A stretch of DNA of 22,184 bases, from the NCBI GenBank assembly GCA_024626585.2, contig JANKJI020000002.1:241726982-241749165 (forward strand), in the 5' to 3' direction. Shown here piece by piece: positions 9,325 to 21,839 of this stretch. The stretch is from Ginkgo biloba (Eukaryota; Plantae; Ginkgophyta). A program made the translations under genes and the position numbers. Each line of letters opens with the position of its first letter. Position 1 is the stretch's first letter. Under the pieces are notes generated by a model that worked only from the letters and a program-made list of their open reading frames with translations, ran no database searches and was not told the origin of the DNA.

Positions 9325-9762
9325 CTCTCAGTGCTTCGATCTGTAGCAATAACGCCCAACACCCAACGCCATTAGAGAAAAAGATGCATGTAATAACAGA
9401 GGAATGAGATGGGTTGCCACAGCTTGTGAGGATTAAGATCACAAAATAGTTTGCTTAAATTTGAGAATATGGGGCTAGGCATTTTAAGTAAAATTTGTTG
9501 ACTTTTAATTTAATACAAACGCTCTTACTTCCTAGTGTTTTGATTCGCAGTAATTACACACTAACGGGCAACGCCCAACACCATTAACAAAAGATAGAAA
9601 AGAATCCTCTAATCTAATCTAATGAAACAGTAATGAATGCGCTTCGTCACGGTCTGTTAAGTTTAAAACCATAAAATATTTAAGTTAATACGTTTCCAAA
9701 TGTGAGAATATGTGGATGGGTCAATTTAAATCATGTTAGACTTTTTATTTAATATAAATATT
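9325..9762. repeat. Diverged ~205-240-bp tandem duplication (2 copies)
   Basis: AACGCCCAACAC(C) at 9351 and 9570; AAAT.TGAGAATATG.GG and GACTTTT.ATTTAATA.AAA occur in both copies. Confidence 0.75.
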
Positions 9763-10399
9763 NNNNNTAGGTAAAAGTACTAAATTATTCTTAATGACCA
9801 CCAATTGTCTATCCTAGGGATAGAGAATTCATAAAGACTTATAAATTAAACTATCATGTCAATAGAAACTAGTGGAGCTTTGTGCATCAATATCATTCTT
9901 GGGAGGGTTTATATCCACCCTAATGTATTACAATGGGCGAGATAAGGTCACCTTCTCAACCATAATCCTTTTTTTCTTGCTTGTTTGTCCAATGAAATCC
10001 TTGGTTTGAGGGATTCATCTTGCAACATGTTCATTTCTATCTTCGAAAATAAAATCTTGTGTAGACCATTCTATTAACTATGTTCAATGATCATATTGAA
10101 TATGGTTAATCGTATTTCTTAATAAATTTTTCTCCAAGGCATGTGCTTCTAGCCCCGCATGCATTTGCAAATCAAGAGAATGGAAAAAATATTTTTTCTT
10201 GGATTCCACCCAAGCAGACCAGATCATATGGAAACAGGTAAAGCCAATCTTTCAAGGGATCCAAAATCCTCCCAACATGATGACAACTCTTAGTTAGATC
10301 CACGTAAGGTTGGCAAGAAGTTGATGTGCCACCGTGTGTCAGTTTCCATAAGCAAAACCTTTTTAAAAATGTAGAAGCGTGTAGCAAGTCTAATGGTTG

Positions 10400-11905
10400 C
10401 TCAAGGAATGCTTTTGGTTGGGGATCAAAAATCAATTTTAGAGTTCCCTCTCTCTCTGTCCCTTTCTCTCTCTCATGTTTTTCTATGTCTATCTACCATT
10501 TTGTTCTCTTTTTACTCTCTCTTCCCTACATTCTATGTTCTTTTTGCATGCATTACTACATCTATTCATTCTTCTTTACATTATTAATTTTTCCATTTTG
10601 TTAACTTTAAGTGATTTCATCTTCTCTTATGGAACCTTTGAATATGTCTATTAAAATTTATTCATGTTGCAAGGTGCTTTCCATCTTTGTATTTTCTATG
10701 CATATTTTAATAATATTCAATTAACTACTAATACTCCTTGGGAAGTTATGGCCCTTACGAGGATGCGATATCCATTTACTCAATTTGGAATTCACATGTG
10801 ATTAAGAGAAATTTAACATTCATATTCTATCATAGAATTTTTTCTTGAATTGATCTACATTGAATTCATGAGATTGTATTCCACAACAATAATCTTCATA
10901 AGAATGGCATTCCAAATAATAATGAGTTAAATAATAGATTTATATATTAAATTAATTATCACTTTATTTCTAGTTCCCTTTGNNNNNNNNNNNNNNNNNN
11001 NNNNNNNNNNNNNNNNNNNNNNNNNNNNNNNNNNNNNNNNNNNNNNNNNNNNNNNNNNNNNNNNNNNNNNNNNNNNNNNNNNGCTAGACTTCCTTCTTGG
11101 CCTTACCCTTCATAGTTTTCTCTTTATTCAAGACCTATTCATAGGGTTTAGTCATTATTTCAACTTTACAAAAATAGGTCCCACAATTTTTCTTTGGTCT
11201 CTTGGCATCTCTTAGTGCTCAATCAAGGGTGCTTCTAAAGGCCTTCCTAGGACCTATTTTTAAAATACAAATTTGTTGAAGCTTGAGCTAGCATTTTTTC
11301 CAAATTCTAAGTTGTATCACATGTCTAAAAAAAAACCTTTTCTTCATCATGCACAAAATAGTCTTCCTAGAGTATCTTCTGAACTTTGTACGATTTCTAA
11401 TTTCTTAATGCTTAATTATAACTAGGATTTCTAATTTTCTAATTTACTTTGTTTCTCATATTTAGGTCAAGAAAAAGTTCAGTTATCAAATAATGAAGAG
11501 AGTTCTTAATTTGACACATGTTGTACATTACAACATTGTAATAATAATGCAACTACATTGTGCAATTGGCTAGGTTGCACAACATGTGCGAAATAATTCA
11601 TCTTATAAAATAATATAACATGGTTACACTTCATAGTTGTGACATGTGACATAATACAACATGGTTAAAATAATGTGCACCAAATTTGTATATATGCCGT
11701 GCTCTTTTCATTCACATATAGGGTGTAAGTATACTCTAGGCATATGTTTAATAATTCAATATCAATAATATATATTGCGCTCTTTTCATTCTCTATGTAA
11801 TTGCATAGGATTAAAAATTATGTTGTTTTATGTATATGCATTTGCATANNNNNNNNNNNNNNNNNNNNATTTCTAGGGTTTTTAGTACACTAATTTATAA
11901 GTTTT
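10400..11905. repeat. Copy A of an old direct duplication, interrupted by a ~650-bp insertion/gap (~10980-11640)
   Basis: ~10495-10975 aligns with ~12350-12835 (shared TCTTCTCTTATGGA.CCTTTGAATA and GAATTCACATGTGA.TAAGAGAAAT). ~11640-11810 aligns with ~12870-13040. TAGGGTTT.TAGT.CAC.AATTT.TAAG at ~11875 and ~13176. Confidence 0.85.
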
Positions 11906-12239
11906 GTTTGTGTATATGTTATTGAACAAAGCATGTTTCTAGTTTGATTTGTAAATGGTTTCTAGGTTTTTGAATGCTACATGTATTTTACATATGAATT
12001 GGATATGTAATGTGTACTTCAAGAGGTTATATAAGAGCTCATACATGTATATGTAACATATATTTGTATAAATCAAAATCCCTAAATAGTGGAGAAGGAC
12101 TAATTAGTTTCATTTTGTTTCATATGTATTATAGTCTTAGTACATGTTTCACTTATATATATTGTTGCATACAATTGAAAATTGTGTTGTTGCATTCTTA
12201 TTTATATGAAATTTCTTTCTCTTTTTTGAACTTTGCTCA

Positions 12240-13205
12240 AGAATCCTTCAGTTATAATCCTATCCTAGGTAGCATGAAATTCTTGATTAGATTTTTTGGT
12301 GGTGGGCAATGAAAACTCTTTGAAGTTCTAAAATTTGTAGGGTTTTTATCCATCGTTTTATTCTCTTCTTTTTATCACTTCCTTTCATTTTTTGTTCTTT
12401 TTGCATGAGTTGCTACATCTATTCTCTCTTTCATGCATTCGTAATTTCTCCAAATTATTATACTTTAAATGATTTTATCTTCTCTTATGGATCCTTTGAA
12501 TAGGGATATGAAAATACCTTCATGTTACAAAGTCCTTTACATCTTTGTTTTTGCAATGCATCTTTTAATAACATTCAACAAACTACTAATAATCATTGGG
12601 AGGCTATTTCCACTATGAGGATGGGATACCCAGTTGTTCAAAATTTTGAATTCACATGTGACTAAGAGAAATTAAACATGCATATTCCATAATAAAAATG
12701 CACCTCAAATTAATCTATATTAAATTCAAAATACTCTATGGAATAACACTAATATTAATGTGAATGTCATTCCCAATAAGAGAAAGTCAAATAATGGAAC
12801 TATATATGAAATTATCTATCACTGTGTTTCTAGTTTGTTTTATTATATTATGATTATAATTTATGGATATGACATGTGCACAATACTATAACATAGATGT
12901 ATAATAATATACACCAAAAGTGTAGATGCGTTATGCTCTTTTCTTTCACTTAAAGGTGTGAGTATACTCTACACAAATGCTTAAGAATTCAATATCAAGA
13001 ATATATATCGTGCTCTTTTCATTTTCTATACAATTTCATACATTGCCTACATGTTATCTATCATTGTTATATGTTACAAATGCATACATATTATTGCATA
13101 TGATTGAACATTGTGTTGTTGTATATATATTCATTTACATATATTCTTGCAACAACAATAGGAAGTAATATATTTATAGGGTTTGTAGTGCACCAATTTT
13201 TAAGG
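12240..13205. repeat. Copy B of the old direct duplication (uninterrupted)
   Basis: Collinear with both halves of copy A, without the intervening insertion. Confidence 0.85.
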
Positions 13206-13920
13206 ATTTTAAGCAATCTTTGTTCAAATGTCGAACGCCTTAAGAGAAAACCATTCTTATAATGTGCAACTGCTATTACTTATATAGTTTTACATCAACA
13301 ATAACGATGAACTCCGTTATTATCCTAATTCAAACTAAATTGAAATATTCTCCTGCATCAGTCATTAACTTTAAACCACTATAACAATCCAACCCATGGA
13401 ACTATATTTTGTTAACTATGGATGGAACCAAGATGTTTTGAAAGGATTTAAGATCTTAAGTCATGTTTTCAAAGGAAAGAAAGGTGTNNNNNNNNNNNNN
13501 NNNNNNNNNNNNNNNNNNNNNNNNNNNNNNNNNNNNNNNNNNNNNNNNNNNNNNNNNNNNNNNNNNAATGGCACTATAAGTCATTGAGAAATTTCAAGTA
13601 GATTTGTAATAAAATTTACATTCATTATGAGTGGAGGGAAAATATTGATTTGATTAAAATTTTAGTTTGGAATTCATTTGCAGTTCATAGGAATAAGCAC
13701 CACTTGACTATATAATAAACTCCATTGATCTCAACTACCTGTAATCTTATATGGGAAATATGTAACATATTATAATATTATATACATGGAAAAACCTATA
13801 AGATATTTTCTAGATTCCTTTTCGTATCTAATTNNNNNNNNNNNNNNNNNNNNNNNNNNNNNNNNNNNNNNNNNNNNNNNNNNNNNNNNNNNNNNNNNNN
13901 NNNNNNNNNNNNNNNNNNNN

Positions 13921-14760
13921 ACACATGTAACCATTCACAAGCTTATGTATGAAACATGCAATTTTTTATTGTACATAGGAAATTTAGAAGTGCAAATAGA
14001 ATTATACTAAAAAAAACTAGCATACCTCTGATTTGAGCATAATTTAGAGATTACCTCCAATTAGTTATGTGGATTGCTCTTAGATTTAGTGCTAGGAGCC
14101 GATGCAGTCAATAGCCAGGCCATGGATGGATGAAGATGGTCTATTGATGGATTGTGAACGATTAATAANNNNNNNNNNNNNNNNNNNNNNNNNNNNNNNN
14201 NNNNNNNNNNNNNNNNNNNNNNNNNNNNNNNNNNNNNNNNNNNNNNNNNNNNNNNNNNNNNNNNNNNNATGCATTTGCAAGAAACATGCATGTATAGGAA
14301 ACATGAATTTATAAGAAATATAAAATTGTATTTCATCCTAAGAGATGTTGATTTCCTAAAATAATTAGTCGGTGCAACCTCCTACATCCTACAAGAATAC
14401 CTACAAGATAATATAAGATATCCCTTCAACAAACATGCACTTTTAATATATAAGCTTATATATATTTGAAACCACCTACAAGATTATATAGGAAATAAGA
14501 AACCACCTATAATATTAAATAGAAATATGAAACCACATATATGCTTATACATGCATGCAACCATCTACAAGCTTCTCTAGTTCTTATCATATCAAATTCC
14601 TCCCAATGCAATCATTCCTATATATGGAGCAAGCATAGCTACTATAATAGAAAATTTTAATAAATAACATGCATAGGAAACATGCATGCATAAGAAATAT
14701 GCATTTACAAGAAACATACATGTACATAAAACATAAAATTGTATTTCATTTAAAGAGTTA
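13921..14760. repeat. Degenerate minisatellite-like array of GAAACATGCA and AACCACCTACAAG motifs
   Basis: The block ATGCATTT.CAAGAAACAT.CATGTA...ATAAAATTGTATTTCAT occurs at ~14269 and ~14699. AACCACCTA-like motifs occur about five times between 14375 and 14575. Confidence 0.65.
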
Positions 14761-15199
14761 GAAAGTTATAAGTTTTAAATTTTTTGAGCTATGTCTAGTG
14801 TTGAGTGTGTATCCATGAAGGCCACCTAATTAAACTACGCTTCTTTGCACACTTGATATAAAATGGTATTACAATATTCACATAACCTTATATGTCATCA
14901 ATAAGTTTGGTATAGATAAAGTAATCTCTATAATTATGCCATTCCTACACTTTCTTACATTCCATGGTTTCCATTAAGTTATTATGACTCTAAGACATTG
15001 AATTCTAAAATTGTGGTAGTTTCAAATTACCACAAATAGGTGTTGTATAGTAGCTATGTTATTTCTTTCTATTCGTCAATATCAATATTATATATGATTC
15101 TAAAGATCTATCTTTTTCCAAGTTTGGTTTCTTGATGTAGGAGCATTTTGGTAACTCTCTGACAAGGTGCACAATTTTGGCTAAAGGAAGTGGAGCCAA

Positions 15200-15690
15200 C
15201 CTATTGGTGGTATGATTTTGGCAAATCCATAAGTGTTTGGAGGTAAGCCCATTGGTCAAAGTAAACCAACATCCTTGTATTCTGACACCAACATAGGTTA
15301 AGTGTGGAGAGGCGATGGAGTAAGGAATGCTTGACTGACACCGTTAAAGGCCAACATTGTTGATGCCTGACATCAACATGGGAAGTGATTAATTGACCCT
15401 AACGATTTGGACTGATAGCAATAAGAGTTGGTTGACATCATCAATGAAGAAGAATAGGATGATTGATATAGGTTGTGATCAACAACATGATTAGGACAAG
15501 GCAATAGGGCAATGAAATGGTCAGAGCACAAGTATGAGGACATATGTTGTCATAAGAGCATGGAAAATAAATTGACACTGACAAAGGGGTGTTGATGAGA
15601 AGAGACCAACATCAATAATTGAACATGGAAACTGACAAGAGGGAGGAAGACTGACAATGTTGGATAGTAGATGACCAACACCAACATGAT
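15200..15690 (+). mobile_element. Probable LTR fragment with a cluster of decayed (GA)CCGACA motifs
   Basis: Over a dozen CTGACA/CCAACA/TCAACA/TTGACA variants (e.g. TCTGACACCAACA 15281, GACTGACACCG 15333, GACCAACACCAACA 15673). Starts TATTGGT, possibly a decayed TGTTGGT LTR start. Confidence 0.45.
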
Positions 15691-16539
15691 GTTTATACTC
15701 AAGATTTGCTAAAGTTGTATAAAAATATAATTTTAATTTCACTTGAAACTCTATTAGAGACCATTTTTAGAGGAGTGACTCTTAGTGACACTATTTTATC
15801 ACTCACCTACCCAAATTTAATGTAGTAGAAGGACAAAGAGGGGTTCATGCAAGAAGTTAAGTGCTAATACATGGAATCATAAAGATTGCACCTATTAGAT
15901 GGATGAAGGAGATGACAGAGGCATGGATGAGGGGACTATGGACATACTTGAATTCAATATTCTCTAACAAGTACATTAAAGTGTTCACCAACTAATCCCT
16001 TGGAGGAAGTGAATCTTCAAAAATAAGTTATTAGGAGAACAGGCCATAAAGACTGAGAAAGAGGAGAAGAAGGGTTTCTTTTTACTATTTCTAGAAGAGA
16101 TGGTTCTTTGGTTCATTTTTTTCAATTGCTGAAGGGAGTTTATTTATATTTAGAACTCTTGTATTAGGTTATTTCTTTAAGAATGAGTTCTAGCATAGGA
16201 GGTTGAGTTTTCAAATTGATGGTTATTTTAGCAGGTCATAGTTGTATGTAAGTTGCTAAGGAAGACACCATTAAGGAAGAGGTAGGCTGCATANNNNNNN
16301 NNNNNNNNNNNNNNNNNNNNNNNNNNNNNNNNNNNNNNNNNNNNNNNNNNNNNNNNNNNNNNNNNNNNNNNNNNNNNNNNNNNNNNNNNNNNNGAGTTGG
16401 AACCTACATTTAAAGAGTTTTTACCCATGGAGTAATGCACCATTCATTTATCCTATAAAAGGATATTCTCTCCCATTTCTTCTAATCATTTAATAACTAA
16501 CTATTATATATTCTTATCCTTATGAGAAACTATATTTTA

Positions 16540-16652
16540 GGAGCATCTTTCTCCTCTTTGCTACTTAGGAAAGTAGAGTGCTTACCTCTTCTACTTAGAG
16601 ATAGAGTGCTTCCTCTTCATCTTGGATAGGAGAGTGATATCTCCCTCTTGAG
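16540..16652 (+). repeat. Three ~27-32-bp tandem units in a probable retrotransposon leader
   Basis: CTCTTTGCTACTTAGGAAAGTAGAGTGCTTAC / CTCTTCTACTTAGAGATAGAGTGCTTC / CTCTTCATCTTGGATAGGAGAGTGATATCTCC. Confidence 0.7.
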
Positions 16653-16899
16653 TGTTATATTTCATTATTATGGACTTTAGATGTGGATAATTAATATAGT
16701 ATGGATATATTTTGTGTATTCTATTTTAATTTGATTATTAAACCTTTTGGAGAAATATTTATGGTTATTTATCATCTTTTAATATAACAACCTCCTTTTC
16801 TATTATGATCCTCTAATTGCTTATCCCCTCTAGAAATACCTCCTTATATTTCTTTATGGATTAAAATTCCCTCTCCCTTAACTTATCTTATAACTGATA

Positions 16900-17410
16900 G
16901 AAATTTATCTTCCACCTACTCCCCTTCAATAGGGGGTACACCACTAATAGGATCTCCTCCCTATGCCTAAACTATCAAATATCCTATCCCTCCTCCTATT
17001 CTAGTTACTTATTCTACTCCTTCTCTTCCAACTCCCTACTCACCTACTAGTTCTCCTATTTGGTGTACATGTAGCTCTAGTACATTATCGTTCAAGTCCC
17101 ATCCTACTCCCATATCTAGATTTGTCAGTTTACTATCTAGAGTTAATAAAGTGAGTAGAAAAATAATACCTCCCTTTCTCTTATATGAAGGATTATAAGG
17201 ATAATCTCTATCTCTTATCCCCCACCTCATGATAAGATGATCAACTCTATATGATGAAATAGTGGAAGAAATTGAGGGATGAAAATCATGATAATGCTCA
17301 TATAACCTTATCTATATAAGGGAGCTATAACTCAATGGATGATTATCCCTCCTCCTAATATAATATATTTGTATGACTAGTGAGTAAAAAACATATCTCA
17401 CCCAATCAAA
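16900..17410 (+). mobile_element. Highly degenerate Ty3/gypsy gag region
   Basis: A Pro/Ser-rich low-complexity stretch, then YEG..PHL (~17180) and YLYKGAITQWMIIPPPNIIYLYD**VKN (~17309-17392), resembling gag L.G.A..W...LPP.SI..W..L...F. Confidence 0.45.
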
Positions 17411-18743
17411 TATAACTCATCTTTATGTATCTCCTAATCATTATAATCCATGTATATGGGATCCATCTAAAGTCTTAACTATGAGAGATGCATAAAAAAA
17501 TGGAAATAACTATAATCCAATAAATGTTAGGAACATTAATCTCACTTAGAATGGATAATTTTACACCATGAGTGGTCATAAAACTAAGGGTATTTTTATT
17601 AATAAGGTAATTGATTCCATTAGTACCTAGCACTCATATCTATGATAAATCCATTAGCTCCCCTATATAAGACTCTCCTAAAATCCTATGCACATCAAGT
17701 TTGATAAATCAAATCTCACCAAACATAGGTAACCTAAACATATGAGCATATACATCTTAATTCTCCACCAACTGATCTACCAACTCTTGATCAAAATTCA
17801 ATTATAAATTCCTAATACCCTCCGTAATCTACACCATATTAGGGTAACCATATGATTAGGTTTTATCTCCCCAATAATTGTGTCATCAGGGGTCCATCAT
17901 TCTCCTTGTTTATATAGATAATAAGAACTTGCAATTAAGGAGGAAAGAAAACATTAGTAATAAGTGTTTGGATTAAAAAATAAATAAAAATGAATGTTTA
18001 ATTACTAAATTTTATGTCGTATTACTAATTTGATCACTCAGAGGGAATACCATCATGAAATTGTGACTTTGCCATTAGATGGCATGCTTACTTATGGTGT
18101 TGGTGTATTTTAGTGCACTAAGGTAGGAACTGACTTTTTTGCATATGTAAATAAATTACAACATGTAGATTAAGGTTATTAATGACCTCCTCTCCAAATT
18201 TTCTAAATTTTTAATGGTAAAACATGACCATGGGGCCCATAAGGATGTTCCCATAAAAAAACATTNNNNNNNNNNNNNNNNNNNNNNNNNNNNNNNNNNN
18301 NNNNNNNNNNNNNNNNNNNNNNNNNNNNNNNNNNNNNNNNNNNNNNNNNNNNNNNNNNNNNNNNNNNNNNNNNNNNNNNNNNNNNNNNNNNNNNNNNNNN
18401 NNNNNNNNNNNNNNNNNNNNNNNNNNNNNNNNNNNNNNNNNNNNNNNNNNNNNNNNNNNNNNNNNNNNNNNNNNNNNNNNNNNNNNNNNNNNNNNNNNNN
18501 NNNNNNNNNNNNNNNNNNNNNNNNNNNNNNNNNNNNNNNNNNNNNNNNNNNNNNNNNNNNNNNNNNNNNNNNNNNNNNNNNNNNNNNNNNNNNNNNNNNN
18601 NNNNNNNNNNNNNNNNNNNNNNNNNNNNNNNNNNNNNNNNNNNNNNNNNNNNNNNNNNNNNNNNNNNNNNNNNNNNNNNNNNNNNNNNNNNNNNNNNNNN
18701 NNNNNNNNNNNNNNNNNNNNNNNNNNNNNNNNNNNNNNNNNNN

Positions 18744-19084
18744 TAAGAAGTAAGAATCAAAAGAAGAAGAGGAGGGTGAAGTAGAAGATGATGAAATAGA
18801 GATTATTCATAAAGAACATAAAGAAGAGGAAGTAATATAACATCTAATGATGAAATATAAGAAGAAGACTCAAACATAGAATAAAAGGAGATTGGTGATA
18901 CAATGCTTAAAAGTAATTATAGTACATAGAATGGATTTAATCTTGAATCTCTACCAAGGTCAATACCTTCATCAACACTTAGGCCAGTGATAATAGAAGT
19001 CGAGCAATATTGAGATGAAGAATATTCTTATCCTTATTGATACATGAAGTTTACATAACTTCATTAACATTAATTTAGTAAAGG
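18744..19084 (+). mobile_element. Ty3/gypsy gag-protease junction fragment (aspartic protease active site)
   Basis: Acidic Glu/Asp-rich linker followed by IEMKNILILIDT*SLHNFININLVK (~19009-19083), matching the LIDSGSTHNFI motif. Confidence 0.8.
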
Positions 19085-19667
19085 ATATCTACTTCTTATC
19101 TATATATGTGTGATAATAAAAATACATATCTAATGCATGAATCTAAGCCTCTAAAGGCTTGGCATCCATCCTCCCATTAAGAACCTTACTATCCACCTTT
19201 AAGAAAACCCAAAATAGATTATGTCCAATAGATAACTATGTTGATGAACCTATGGTATGAGTAATAACATATTGAGGTAAAATAGGAATATAAAGTATAA
19301 TGGGAGGTAAGGGAATAGTCACCACTAGTGGTGGAACCACCAAAGAATATGAATCACTCAAAGTTGTAAGATGTATCTACATCTACTTCATGAGAGCAAT
19401 AAGTCCTCCCATAGAATAATGACTCTCCTTTTATATCCATCTCATCTTTTAAATCATAGTCTATAACTCTTCCATACAATACTAAATAATTTACTCTTGA
19501 AAATCCTCCAGTTCACTTAGTCTATCCCCATCTATTTATTCTATTTTTAGCTAAATAATAAAGGGCTTGTCCAATGGTGTAAACTCCTCTATACTACCTT
19601 CTCCTATGCCTTCCTCTCTCTCCATGTTGAGGCCTTCATTCCTAGAAACTACTATAGTGGATACCAT
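19075..19667 (-). mobile_element. 5' part of gag of a separate LTR retrotransposon (degenerate)
   Basis: Candidate ATG at 19667 (MVSTIVVSRNEG..) ~75 nt downstream of the PBS; capsid-like KVDSKVLNGRMDAKPLEA*IHALDMYF..DKK*ISFTKL at ~19200-19075. Confidence 0.7.
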
Positions 19668-19740
19668 ATGAATGAAGCAAAAAATTAATTAGAATAATAA
19701 AAAGACAATTGATTTTCTCACTCGACTCAAAGTAGCCTTA

Positions 19741-19751
19741 CCCTGATACCA
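19741..19751 (-). mobile_element. tRNA-iMet primer-binding site
   Basis: The minus strand reads CA-TT-TGGTATCAGGG (consensus TGGTATCAGAGC), directly after an LTR-terminal CA and upstream of gag. Confidence 0.8.
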
Positions 19752-19753
19752 AA

Positions 19754-20160
19754 TGAAGTACCCATTAGTATAGGATAAAAGGTAATAAATTCAATACACA
19801 AAATCAATGATAGAAAATCCAAGGGGTAGTCTATCATTTTCTATTGATATAACCACTATGTCACCTTCTCTGTCATCTCTTCTGTATAAATAGTATAAAT
19901 ATATCCTTATCTATAACTAATTTTGATGATAAATTTGATATGATGTGTCTCTAAGAAAAATGGTGTGTTGTTCCCTAGGAGCACCAAATATTTTTCTAGC
20001 TACACTACACTTTTCTTGAGCTATGTGATGCTTTTTCTCACTACGCCACTCTAGGCTCCCCCCACATTATATAGTTTTCTTGAAACATAAAAACTTGAAA
20101 GGAAGATATTATGCACATGTAAACTTTACACATATACTTAGATTAGGACCTTATAATACA
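19754..20160 (-). mobile_element. Probable 5' LTR of the element with the iMet PBS (outer boundary uncertain, 20160 or 20196)
   Basis: Ends in CA next to the PBS. Candidate TG starts on the minus strand at 20160 (TGTATTATAAGG) or 20196 (TGTTAGGAT). No second LTR available for confirmation. Confidence 0.5.
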
Positions 20161-21839
20161 TTGTTGACCCATAAATCACTTGTACAAATCCTAACAACTA
20201 GTTTCAACACTTAAATAATTTCAAAGTATAGGATCTCATAAATTCACAAAAGAATTAAAAAAAGCAATTGAATAAAGAAGAATATCTCTCTTCATTATAA
20301 GTGTGCCAAGTATAAAAGATACAAAAGGNNNNNNNNNNNNNNNNNNNNNNNNNNNNNNNNNNNNNNNNNNNNNNNNNNNNNNNNNNNNNNNNNNNNNNNN
20401 NNNNNNNNNNNNNNNNNNNNNNNNNNNNNNNNNNNNNNNNNNNNNNNNNNNNNNNNNNNNNNNNNNNNNNNNNNNNNNNNNNNNNNNNNNNNNNNNNNNN
20501 NNNNNNNNNNNNNNNNNNNNNNNNNNNNNNNNNNNNNNNNNNNNNNNNNNNNNNNNNNNNNNNNNNNNNNNNNNNNNNNNNNNNNNNNNNNNNNNNNNNN
20601 NNNNNNNNNNNNNNNNNNNNNNNNNNNNNNNNNNNNNNNNNNNNNNNNNNNNNNNNNNNNNNNNNNNNNNNNNNNNNNNNNNNNNNNNNNNNNNNNNNNN
20701 NNNNNNNNNNNNNNNNNNNNNNNNNNNNNNNNNNNNNNNNNNNNNNNNNNNNNNNNNNNNNNNNNNNNNNNNNNNNNNNNNNNNNNNNNNNNNNNNNNNN
20801 NNNNNNNNNNNNNNNNNNNNNNNNNNNNNNNNNNNNNNNNNNNNNNNNNNNNNNNNNNNNNNNNNNNNNNNNNNNNNNNNNNNNNNNNNNNNNNNNNNNN
20901 NNNNNNNNNNNNNNNNNNNNNNNNNNNNGTGGGCAACATATAACATAAAATTAGGTAGTTTAGACTAGTTTATGTAATGAGAGATTGTTTGTGACTAGAA
21001 AATAGGAATTTTGGATGTAGGTTAGGTCAAAGTTATAATAAATACACTCTTATGCACTTACCATGCAATTAATTCTTTCAAAATTAATAAAATAAACTAT
21101 CTAATTACTTATTGTGTAGGTCCTCTCAAGTCTTAGATCCTTCTTGTAAATGAGCATGACTAAATCCAAATCCTAAAATAACTCTCTAGGCTTCAAAACT
21201 TAATACCCATTTTTCTCCTTCACTCTTAGTTTGACTAACTATGAAAAATTAGCCACAACTTTAATTAGTGAATTATTAACTGATGATGTCATATATCACC
21301 ACACTCTTAGATGATGGACCTATGCAATNNNNNNNNNNNNNNNNTGTGTTAATAGAATAAGGAAAAATTCCACATATAACTAAATAACAAAAACCTAAAC
21401 TTCTATTCAACTGAATAGGTTTCATTTTCAATTATGAAAAACACCCAACTCTAATTGGAAGTGTACCATAAAGTGGGAAACCTCTAATTGGCTATCCTAA
21501 AATAATAAACACCATATAAGATTATAAATTCAACTAAATTATAACTTAAAGGGGAGAGAGATTGAGTATCATTAAGCTGACTAATTATTCTCTATAGATC
21601 ATCATAATCCTTGGTGTTCCTTCCTCTTTATTCTTGGAATTATAGAATATTTTACCACCATACTAACATCTTATTAAGAGTATCTATCTAGTAGGGTTGC
21701 ATTTGAGCATTCTACTACCTTTTATTAAGTAATTTACTCTTATTTTGATTAATCATGTTCCTTATCACCCCATATATTATCATTTTTGTGATTATTTATT
21801 TCCATGAGTCTTGGATATTGTTTAATAGGTCCAAAGTCA

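Noticed and set aside
10172-10604. Overlapping 64-92-aa ORFs
   Set aside because: No recognisable domain; they overlap a CT-rich tract and a duplicated repeat.
14061-14169. GC-richer stretch resembling a small exon (MQSIARPWMDEDGLLMDCER)
   Set aside because: Too short, cut by a gap, and no family resemblance.
15750-15830. Possible right CACTA terminus (TTAGAGACC, TTAGTGAC..TCACT, ending TGTAGTA)
   Set aside because: Does not match the 2337 TIR complement, lacks TAGTG and has no TGT target-site duplication.
18203-20968. Long ORFs of 179-236 aa in the track
   Set aside because: Artefacts of translating through N-gaps.
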